A DNA stretch of 30,982 nt from NCBI RefSeq assembly GCF_006345805.1, contig NW_021824503.1, forward strand, positions 1 to 30,982, given 5' to 3'. The notes below the pieces were generated by a model. The model saw only the letters and a program-made list of their open reading frames with translations, ran no database searches and was not told the origin of the DNA. Origin of the DNA: Octopus sinensis. Its lineage: Eukaryota. How positions within the stretch are numbered: position 1 is the first letter of the stretch; every line of letters begins with the position of its first letter. Position numbers and translations under genes: made by a program. Shown here one piece after another: positions 10,898 through 20,160 of the stretch.

Positions 10898-11189
10898 ATA
10901 CAGTTCTATATTTAAGAGACGAGGAATTATGTACAATATTTACATTATTTACAATTGACGTAAATTTGTCCTCATCTTGTTTGTTGTTAACACAACGTTT
11001 CAGCTAATAAACTATCCAGCTTTCATTAGATGTCTTGGGGAAATTTTGAACCGGGGTTCTCATTCCTAAGGTATTTTTCGATATTGTTGTTGTTGTTATT
11101 ATTATTATTATTGTTCAGGTCATTGCCTGGAATCGAACTCGGAATCTTGGGGTTACTATCCCGCGCTCTTAACCACTACGCCATATACC
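10898..11189 (-). mobile_element. tRNA-headed SINE with an internal (AAT)n run and a hammerhead-like 3' module
   Basis: Minus strand: A box TGGCGTAGTGG (11183-11173), B box GAGTTCGATTCC (11140-11129), (AAT/AAC)n ~11113-11083, then the hammerhead-like motif 11034-10989. Confidence 0.75.
10989..11034 (-). ncRNA. Minimal hammerhead-like motif with one core substitution (CUAAUGA instead of CUGAUGA)
   Basis: 5'-GACAU CUAAUGA A AGCUG gauaguuuau UAGCU GAAA C GUU GUGUU-3'. All three stems pair, stem III as the palindrome ACGU. Confidence 0.65.
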
Positions 11190-11375
11190 ATAGGTACAAG
11201 TCCTGGAATGTTGGGGGAGGGGACTAGTCGATTATATCGACCCAGTGCTTCACTGATACTTGATTTATCAACCCGAAAAGATAAAAGCAAAGTCAACCTC
11301 AGCGAAATATGAACTGAGAACGTAGCTAAACTTTTCGTCCAGTGTGCTAACGATTCTGCCGGCTTGTCACGTTAA
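11190..11375 (-). mobile_element. Main-family SINE with an internal deletion
   Basis: Plus strand gtcgattatatcgacccagtg...gcaaagtcaacctcagcg...gctaacgattctgcc. Confidence 0.7.
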
Positions 11376-11404
11376 CAACAACATCAATGATAATAATAAT
11401 TTTG

Positions 11405-11585
11405 TTACTATTGCCATAAAGCCTGACATTTGTGGGTGGGGACTAATTGATTATATCAATCCCTGGTATTTAATTTATCGACCCCGAAAGGATCAAAGGC
11501 AAAGTTGACCACAACGGAATTTGAACTCAGAACGTAAGAACGGACGAAATGCCGCTAAGGCTAACGATTGTGCCAGCTCGCCGCC

Positions 11586-11587
<2 letters not shown>
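11405..11587 (-). mobile_element. Main-family SINE flanked by (ATT)n
   Basis: aaggcggcgagctggcacaatcgttag...gagttcaaattccg...gatcctttcggggtcgataaattaaatacc. Confidence 0.85.
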
Positions 11588-11620
<33 letters not shown>

Positions 11621-11701
11621 CATAATGATAATGATAATATTAATGGTAATAATAATAATAATAATAATAACAATAATAATAATAATAATAATAATGGTAA
11701 T

Positions 11702-11739
<38 letters not shown>

Positions 11740-11830
11740 CAAAAATACTAGTTCAAGGGCAAAGACAAAAAAAAGCATAAATAATAATTGTAATATCAAC
11801 AACAAAAATAAGTACAATAAGAAAAATGAT
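11587..11830. repeat. (AAT/AAC)n trinucleotide microsatellite
   Basis: Seen directly; explains the poly-Asn/Ile/Leu ORFs here. Confidence 0.95.
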
Positions 11831-12484
11831 GAGCAATAATTAATATTTTAACGGTCGTAATTACGCAGGGTCAAAAAGAAGTATATTAAAACTGACACGC
11901 ACAAACGCACACACACACACACACACTTACAGAAACACATACACTCAGACATGTACTCACACGCGCACACATACATACACTGAACACACATAACATTCAC
12001 ACGCACACACACGTATATATACACACATGCACAACAATGAATATGATGTTAATGATATTTGTGATAATGATGAGCAGATATGCTTTCACAGGGTATCAAA
12101 TTGACATGGGCGTGTATGCGCGCGCGTGTGTGTAGAGAGAGAGAGAGAGAGAGAGAGAAGAGAGAGATATATACGTGTGTGTACGTCTGGGCGTGTTGTA
12201 TTATTTTAAAAAGTTTTATGCTGTTTCCGTGATGCATGTGTATGCATCTATGTATGTATGTATATTATATATATATAATATATATATATATCTATATATA
12301 TATATATATATAATATTTGTATTTAGGAATGGTCATTTTGCCAGTTTAGCCAATAAAACACACGCACTATATATTTGGTGTTACTTTGCTTCAGTGTTAT
12401 TTATTTTTTACATTAATCTTAATCTTATTTCGGCCAGAGTTTTTTTGTCACAATAAAAAATCTTGCGCAACAAATATTTAAACG

Positions 12485-12515
<31 letters not shown>

Positions 12516-12527
12516 TATATATATATA

Positions 12528-12766
12528 AGTTCAGCAAAAATTATATGTTCTTAAAATTTAAATCTACATCTTTGTCTGTATATCTACCTTCTCTATAATG
12601 TTGCCACTTGATTTGAAAGCTTTTATATTAATGGAAAACCTATATAATTGGCTGATGAGCATTCAGCATCTTAAATCTGTTGTAATACTTACAACTTTTA
12701 ATAAAATGATGTAGTGCGAAACAATTGTACCAAATTACCGGAGTCATTCTTATTGCTTATTTTGAT
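12528..12766 (+). mobile_element. ~240-bp non-coding insert between two (TA)n tracts that carries the hammerhead; probable non-autonomous Penelope-like derivative
   Basis: (TA)n on both sides (~12485-12527 and ~12767-12792); no ORF; internal hammerhead. The PLE assignment is inference. Confidence 0.55.
12645..12737 (+). ncRNA. Minimal type I hammerhead ribozyme motif, intact core, Penelope-like dimeric type
   Basis: Stem I TAATTGG(12645-51)/CCAAATTA(12730-37); CTGATGA 12652-58; stem II GCATT/AGTGC with inner hairpin GTTGTAA-tac-TTACAAC; GAAA 12718-21; palindromic stem III ACAATTGT 12721-28; cleavage triplet GTA 12727-29. Confidence 0.8.
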
Positions 12767-12981
12767 TATATATATATATATATATATATATAGGTGCTGG
12801 TATGGGTGAGTGATTAATAGTCTCGTGATTTCCGATTCTGTTCCAGTGTGCAGAACCTTGAGTTAAACACCCTACTGAATCTATCTTTATATATACATAT
12901 TGTGTGTATTTGATGTTTGTGTATGCGCACTCGCACGTATATGTATAGGTGATGTATGTACAGACTTTAAAATGTATATGT

Positions 12982-13014
<33 letters not shown>

Positions 13015-13050
13015 GGTGAGAAAGTTGGTGGGTGAAAGCACTGGTTGAAT

Positions 13051-13217
13051 ATATAGAAAATAGTAAAAAGTGAAGAAACTACAGAAGGCTTTTTTTAAAA
13101 GGTTAAAAAATATATATTTAAGTCATTATAACATTCTTCTTCATAATGACTCAAATATTATTTTTTAACCTTTTAAAAACAAGCCTTCTGTAGTTTTTTC
13201 ACTTTTTACTATTTCTA

Positions 13218-13220
<3 letters not shown>
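13051..13220. repeat. Near-perfect 170-bp fold-back (79/78-bp arms, 13-nt loop)
   Basis: 13051-13129 vs reverse complement of 13143-13220, about 5 differences; loop AACATTCTTCTTC. Confidence 0.9.
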
Positions 13221-13257
<37 letters not shown>

Positions 13258-13260
<3 letters not shown>

Positions 13261-13355
13261 TACTGGGGCCGATTTGTTCGACTAAACCCATTCAAGGCTA
13301 TGCTCCAGCATGGCCTCAGACCGGTGTGGCTGAAACAAGTTAATAAGTAAGTAAA
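13258..13355 (+). mobile_element. 5'-truncated SINE: main-family core end joined to tail C
   Basis: agtactggggccgatttgttcgactaa (core end) followed by acccattcaaggctatgctccagcatggcc...gctgaaacaag. Confidence 0.6.
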
Positions 13356-13600
13356 AACATTTGCAAGTGTTTAATGACTAAAGCAGAATTTAACTCTCTA
13401 CTTTCACTTTTAACACTTGCGGAACTTAATAACAATGATGATGAAGATAGCAGTAAATTTTCACGCGGTCTTTCACCTCACCTTACTCTTCCTTCTATCT
13501 CTTTCTCCGTCTCTCTCTCCCCACTCTCTCTCTCTGCCTCTCGCTCTTTCACTCTGCTCTTTCATTTTTCCGCATCCTCCCTATGGAAGAAGAACCGCGC

Positions 13601-13692
13601 TGTTTGCTGAACAAAGAATAAAACGCTTGAACAACAATTTTGTTTGTTTGTTTATCATGTTTTTATCAATTTTTTAACCAACAAAGACAATG
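13601..13692. promoter_or_regulatory. Cluster of forkhead (TGTTTRY) and Sox/TCF-type (AACAAAG, AACAAT) motifs downstream of FoxC
   Basis: TGTTTGC 13601, AACAAAG 13610 and 13680, AACAAT 13633, TGTTTGTTTGTTTAT 13641-13655. An AT-rich background makes chance matches plausible. Confidence 0.25.
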
Positions 13693-13794
13693 AAACTTGA
13701 TAAACGAGCATATATAACCGTTTCTTTTTTGTTTCTTTTCTGTTTTTTTTTTAGTAGTTTCGTTTTTGTTTTTCCCTTCGTAATATGGTGTCTT

Positions 13795-13868
13795 TAAAAC
13801 ATATATATATATATACTATATATATAGTAGTACATATCTCTATATAGTACATATATAGAACATATATG

Positions 13869-13914
<46 letters not shown>

Positions 13915-14022
13915 TACATATATATAGTACATACATATATATATATACATATATATATGTACATATATATATATACATATATATAGTACAGTGTATAGTA
14001 CATATATATAGTACTATATAGT

Positions 14023-14061
<39 letters not shown>

Positions 14062-15035
14062 ATATATATAGTACATAATATATTTATATATATTATCCAT
14101 ATATATATATTATATATATATTCACTATAATATACTCCAGTGTTTATCGTTCTTATAATCTTTAATTTTTTTTATTTTTTACGTTTTCCTTTTTGCATTT
14201 TGTGTGTCGTATTTAGCTGTCTGTCTTTTCATGCTCAAATCTTGCTTCGTCTTTTAACAGTTTTTTTGTTTTTCCATTTCTTCTCTTTTTTTTCTTTTTA
14301 AACCTTACGTACTTTCCACCATGTTTTTTTTTTTTTATTTATTTCCCTCATTCACGTCCTTTCCATACATATTTTTCATTCTAGCTAACTCTCTAATGTA
14401 CATTATTATATTTTTTTTTGTGACACACATACACACACACACGCACATACACACATATATTTATATACATGCAGCCACACGAATATATATATATATACAC
14501 ATATAAATATATACACATAAACGCAAATATATATATATACACACATAAACATATATATATACTTGTATATACCATATATATATATATATATACACATAAA
14601 CGCATATATATATATATACACACATAAACATATATACATATATATACTTGTATATACCATATATATATATATATACGTATATATACACACGTATAAACAT
14701 ATATACATATAAATATATACACGCAAATTTATAGATATATATGCACATGTATAAACATACTCATATAAATATATACATGCATTTATATACATATATATCA
14801 TATATATATATATATATCTTATACATACATATATATATATATACATCATATATTAATTATATACATGTATATATATATATATATATTATATATTGTATAT
14901 ATATATATACATATCATACATACATATATACATACGTTGTACACACACACTCCCACAAACCACTCACACACACACACCCACATTATATATATACAGATAT
15001 ATATATATATTATTTATATGCATATATATCTTGAA
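13795..15035. repeat. (TA)n/(CA)n-rich low-complexity tracts in the FoxC 3' flank, including a ~80-nt duplicated unit at ~14505-14670
   Basis: Seen directly; CTTGTATATACCATATATA occurs at ~14562 and ~14647. Confidence 0.9.
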
Positions 15036-15095
15036 TATCATTTACTCACACAAGCAACCAAGTATTTTTTTCTTTTATGTATTTTTTTTTTACCT

Positions 15096-17141
15096 TTAAA
15101 ATTTTCCCCCGCAGTCGTAGGTATAGGGGGTCGGCGTTTTATAGGGGGTTCGGAATGCAGCTGCGAGCTGGCAACTCGCTGCCGTGGCAGATTGGTTCTG
15201 ACTCTGCGAGGCAGATAGAAGGCGTTGTGATTCGAACATGTCTCTCATGTTTCCAAAGGGGGACGTAGTAAAATCCGAGCCGTGGTGATTCAGTTCAGAC
15301 GGTGGGGGCACGTACCACGAATTCGCTCTGGCGTATGATTGGGTATTGGAGAACATACTGTGTGTAAGCCCGTTGGCAGTTTGTGTGAGGGCCGACGTGT
15401 GGGGGTTTGACGGGTTCATCAAGTCGTGATCGCTTACAGATTGTCCCGTTGCAATGTTCATCGACTGACCACCGTTGGGTGAGAACACAGACTGACCACT
15501 GCAATGGTAGTTGTAACCGCTGTTGCGCCGCCGCCGCCGCTGCTGCTGCTGCTGCGGCCGCCGCTGCCGCCGTTTGGGAACACGAGGTATTTCGGTAAAT
15601 GTCTGCCGCTGTGGCGGAACTGGATCCCGTTGAAGACCGTGACGATGCGTACGGTAATATCTGAGGGGACACCAAGGGTGGAGGTCGGCTGTTGACGTAG
15701 TTGGACGAGGCGGCAGCGGCTGCTGCAGCCGCGGCAACTGCAGCAGCTGAGGACATATCACAAGAGGTTGTGTGGGGAACAGTCATTAGGTTTTCTACAG
15801 AGAAACTGCTTGACGTTGTGATCTCCATATTGATAGGATCCGTTGGGATAGGTAAAGTGTTTGGGTTCGGATGCAAGCGAGACGACGACACAACCAAACC
15901 ACAATCATTGCGTGGTGAATCCATAGGTTCTAATTTCGGTGTAGTCATTGATGTGGTAGAAGCTACATCGACAGCGCCACCGCCTGTTACCGTACCGTTG
16001 CATATAACGTTAGTATTTCCTGCCAAAGAACTCGCACCTCCAGAACCTGGAGGTGATGCGTTCGGTGTTGTCTTCCGATCTTCATTACCTGCACTGTGGT
16101 TGTTGTCATTTGATGCCACACGTTTGCTACTACTACTACTACTATTGTTGTTACTGTTGCTACTACTACTGCCGGTGTTGTTATTACTGCCGCTGTTACC
16201 ATTGCTACTACTATTGTTACTGTTACCGCTGTGATGATGATGATGCTGATGATGGTTCTGTTGTTGATGGTGCTGTTGTTGTTGTTTTGTTGGCTATGGT
16301 GATGATGGTGGTGGTGATGATGGTGGCTGCTGTTGTGTTGGCTGTGTGGATGATGATCGTGGTGCGGTTGTGAATGATGATCTGGGGAAGAACTTTCGTT
16401 CAAAGACGAGTTTTGAGATTCGGCACAGTTGACCTCCGATGGATCGTCACCGGTACCACTGTGCCCAGTAACACCAACACTGGTTACGCCTCCAGCTGGA
16501 CCGGCACCAACACCGGAATTTCCGATCATCAAAGAAGAAGTTTTGTCGCGTTCCTTCTGCAGTTCTACGGCCAGTTGCTTTTCACGCTCTTCGCGTTCTT
16601 TGATGGCGTCTTTCTTTTTAAATCGTTTTCTCCTGCGTAAGTAGCTTCCATTATCAAACATATTATAACTGTCTGGGTCGAGAGTCCAATAGCTCCCTTT
16701 TCCAGGCTTTTTATCATCCCGTGCTACTTTTATAAAACATTCATTGAGGGACAAATTATGACGAATACTGTTCTGCCAGCCCTGTTTGTTTTCACGGTAG
16801 AATGGGAAGCGTTCCATAATAAACTGGTAAATTCCATTCAGCGTTATTTTCTTATCAGGTTGGCTTTTAATGGCCATAGCTATTAGGGCTATATAACTAT
16901 AGGGCGGTTTCACCATATCTTTGGCACCATGGTGAGCCGGCGCATAAGGGCTGGCGTATATAGACGGCCCTCGACTCATTGTCCCGTATTGATCGTGACC
17001 ATACATCGCCATGCCACCCATAGACATGCCAGCATACGCTCCATGTCGGTAGTAGTTTTGGTCTCCGAACAGTGTTGGCACCATGCTTAGACTCGGTCCG
17101 TTTGCGGTTGGATATCTTGGTTGAAGTGTGTTTGATTGCAT
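15096..17141 (-). CDS. FoxC: Forkhead box C transcription factor, ~681 aa if read through two compensating frameshifts (~16286 and ~15525)
   Basis: The ORF at 17141 starts [11 protein letters not shown] and contains [18 protein letters not shown]...[57 protein letters not shown], near-identical to the FOXC1/FOXC2 domain as I know it. The second frame has the eh1 motif FSVENLMT. The third frame has the FoxC C-terminal MRDMFESQR...SCQLAAAFR...YTYDCGGKF* (TAA 15098-15096). Confidence 0.93.
15781..15804 (-). other. FoxC: eh1 (Groucho/TLE-binding) motif FSVENLMT in the middle reading frame of FoxC
   Basis: ttc tct gta gaa aac cta atg act on the minus strand; matches the FSVxNIM-type eh1 motif known in FoxC proteins. 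Confidence 0.85.
16611..16910 (-). other. FoxC: Forkhead (winged-helix) DNA-binding domain, aa 78-177 of FoxC
   Basis: [10 protein letters not shown]...RRRKRFKKK read directly from ORF 15987..17141. Confidence 0.97.
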
Positions 17142-17273
17142 GGCTCATAACGTTCAAAACTAAATTGCAATTATAAAGAAGAAATTGTCCACATTGAAAT
17201 TTTCAAACTGACATTGGAATTTCGTTCGTTTTTCTCTGTTTTTCTTGTTAGCTTTCGTTCTTTAAATGTAAAT

Positions 17274-17305
17274 CTGCAATGACATAAAAAAAAAGAATAG
17301 GAAAA
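17274..17305 (-). promoter_or_regulatory. Candidate 3' splice acceptor for a FoxC 5'-UTR intron
   Basis: Minus strand ttttcctattc(t)n atgtcattgcAG| with AG at 17275-17274, 132 nt upstream of the ATG. A second candidate tttAG lies at 17161-17160. Confidence 0.45.
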
Positions 17306-17502
17306 TATAGTTTAATGCTAAGACAAAGAAATATTTTCATTTTAAATATTATGTATTAATAACAGAATAGCATATCAAATAGCAGAATTAAATTATATTA
17401 AATTACAGACTTAGACAGTAAAATTTAAATTATGCTAAATAACAGAACAATACATATCAAGTAACAACACAGTGAATTACAATTATATAAGTAACAATTA
17501 TA

Positions 17503-17692
17503 TATTGCTTTCAAATTTGGCACAAGGACTGCACATTTCAGAGAGGGTTAAGTCGATTGCTTCGACCCCAGTGCGCAACTGGTATTTATTTTATCGACTC
17601 CGAAAGTTGACCTCGGTGGAATTTGAACCCAGAATGTAAAGACGGACGAAACGCCGCTAAGCATTTTACCCGATGTGCCATCACGCTGTCTT
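17503..17692 (-). mobile_element. Main-family SINE
   Basis: Minus strand cgggtaaaatgcttagcggcgtttcgtccgtctttacattctgggttcaaattccaccgagg...gataaaataaataccagttgcgcactggggtcg. Confidence 0.8.
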
Positions 17693-17867
17693 AGTAACAA
17701 TTATATTTATTAAAAAACAACAATAGAGCTATATACTAAACAGCAATAATACCTTAAATAACAATTAGATATTAAATAACAATGCTGATATAAGTGAAAT
17801 AACCACACAGCGATATATGAAATGACAACACAACTATATATTAAAAAATAACTATATATTACATAGA

Positions 17868-18116
17868 GGAGGCGCGTGGCTTAGTGGTTAGGGTTTTAGC
17901 ATCATGATCGTAAGACTGTGGTTTCGATTCCTGGACCGGGCGACGCATTGTGTTCTTGAGCAAAGCACTTCATTTCACGTTGCTCCAGTCAACTCCGCTG
18001 GCAAAAATGAGTAACGCTGCAATGAACTGGCGTCCCGTCCAGCTGAGGAACACATACGTCATTGAAAGCGGGAAACCGGGCCCATGAGCCTGACTAGGCT
18101 TTAATAAGGCGCATTT
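17868..18116 (+). mobile_element. Second tRNA-headed SINE family with a CORE-like central domain
   Basis: A box TGGCTTAGTGG 17877-17887; B-box-like GGTTTCGATTCC 17920-17931; ttgtgttcttgagcaaagcacttcatttc...aaaaatgagta resembles the CORE domain. Relation to the octopus OR-type SINEs is inference. Confidence 0.8.
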
Positions 18117-18504
18117 ATATATTTTATATATTAAATAACCACGATATATTAGATATTTTTATATTGTTCTATTTTTAACTATATAGCAAATGTACATAAC
18201 TTTTACAGCACAGAAAACAGTCGAATTATATTAAATCACAACAGAACCATATAAGAAATAACAAAAGTTCATTTAGTAACATACCTATGTATTATGTTAC
18301 AGAAATGTATATTATAATAACAGAACTGTGTATTAAATAACAGGTTGAAGCAATATAAACCAATATACATCGAAAGGCTAAATTGTGCTAACACTATTTC
18401 GTTTATATTGTCGTGACTGCGTGAATATCAAAAGTCGAGTGAAATTCGGTCATATAGCATGCAGAATCGTTGGAACGTCGGGTAAAAAAGAAAGCTATGT
18501 GGGA

Positions 18505-18526
18505 TATATATATATATATATATATA

Positions 18527-18624
<98 letters not shown>

Positions 18625-18690
18625 TATATATATATATAATATATATATATATATAATATATATATATATATAATATATATATATATTTAT
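18505..18690. repeat. (TA)n microsatellite
   Basis: Seen directly. Confidence 0.95.
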
Positions 18691-18784
18691 TTTGGCTCTT
18701 TACAGTCTGAGTTCAACTCACTAAGTTCAACACATAGCCTTTCGTTCTCGAGGGATGACTAAAATACTATATCAATCAAATATT

Positions 18785-19017
18785 AAGGCGGCGAGCTGGC
18801 AGAAATGTTAGCACGCCGGGCGAAATGCGTAGCCGTATTTCGTCTGTCGTTAGGTTCTGAGTTCAAATTCCGCCGAGGTCAACTTTGCCTTTCATCCTTT
18901 CGGGGTCGATAAATTAAGTACTAGTTACGCACTGGGGTCGATATAATCGACTTAATCCGTTTGTCTGTTCTTGTTTGTCACCTCTGTGTTTAGTCCCTTG
19001 TGGGTAGTAAAGAAATA
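18785..19017 (+). mobile_element. Full-length young main-family SINE (tail A) with a 17-bp TSD, nested in an older SINE relic (~18690-19085)
   Basis: TATATCAATCAAATATT at 18768-18784 and 19018-19034; intact head, B box GAGTTCAAATTCC, core and tail. Confidence 0.92.
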
Positions 19018-19127
19018 TATATCAATCAAATATTGATTGCTGGTCTTGCGCCTAAATTGGAAACAATTAGCAATTATTATCAATAGCAGATGTAGGAGTG
19101 GTTGGTAGTAGTAGTAGTAGTAGTGGT

Positions 19128-19335
19128 AAGGCGGCGAGCTGTCCGAACCATTAGTAGTTCGAACAAAATGCTTAGCGGCATTTCTTTAGAACCTTTACTT
19201 TCTGAATTCAAATGCCGCTAAGGTTAGACTTACTATTTTCTAATTGAAGTACCAGTGAAATACTGAGGTCCATGTAATTGACTGACCATCTACCCCTAAT
19301 TCCAGGACTGAGTTTGCTTTAAAAACAACTAGTAA
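19128..19335 (+). mobile_element. Diverged main-family SINE preceded by (TAG)n
   Basis: aaggcggcgagctgtccgaaccattag...gaattcaaatgccg...gaagtaccagtg. Confidence 0.7.
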
Positions 19336-19504
19336 TGGCAGTAGAACTAGTAGAAGCTATTGTTGTTAATCTGGGGTTTATGTTAAATTGATAAAACACA
19401 GGACAAGCTGCTTTATGTTACGAATCACCAGGTTCTAAGTACAATTAACGCTAAGTTAAATTTTGAGCGGTCTCCCTGCCACAGTCCACAAGACAAAGCA
19501 CAAC

Positions 19505-19844
19505 CAATCGCATATATATATATATATATATAATTATATATGTGTGTGTGTGTGTGTGTGTGTACTATATGTGATATGTATATATTATGCATATATATAT
19601 AAATGTATAAATGTATATGTATATTCATACATATATATGTGTGCGTGCATGTGTATATATATATATATATTAATATACCTATTCAAATATGTATATATTA
19701 TATTATATATATATAGTATATATATTATGATATATATATTATATATATATTATAATATATATATATATATTAATATACATTTTATATATATATCTTATAT
19801 ATATATATATATATATTTATATACATATTACAATATATATATAT

Positions 19845-19883
<39 letters not shown>

Positions 19884-20059
19884 ATATATATATATTATAT
19901 ATTTATATACATATTCAATATATATATATAACATAATATATATATTACTATATATATATATATATATATATAATATATTAAATATACTATGATATATATA
20001 TTATATATATATTTATAATATCTATTATATATATACATATAATATATTATGTATATTTT

Positions 20060-20105
<46 letters not shown>

Positions 20106-20160
20106 CATATTATATTATATATATTATATACACATATTATATATATATATTTTATAATAT
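19505..20160. repeat. Long degenerate (TA)n array
   Basis: Seen directly. Confidence 0.95.

Noticed and set aside
11115-11189. tRNA gene (also 17868-17940 and 29530-29601)
   Set aside because: A and B boxes are present, but there is no clean acceptor stem or T-run terminator, and the sequence continues into SINE bodies; these are called SINE heads.
13700-14345. A specific FoxC polyadenylation site
   Set aside because: There are several AATAAA candidates in very AT-rich sequence, and none can be singled out without transcript data.
15525-16287. An intron as the explanation for the FoxC frame breaks (e.g. CAG|GTAATG near 16088)
   Set aside because: Splicing out the middle would delete the conserved eh1 motif; single-base indels in repeat runs explain the breaks more simply.
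15407-16644. Plus-strand ORFs overlapping FoxC (e.g. 15701..16234, 16053..16373)
   Set aside because: These are antisense shadows of FoxC codon repeats with no independent signature.
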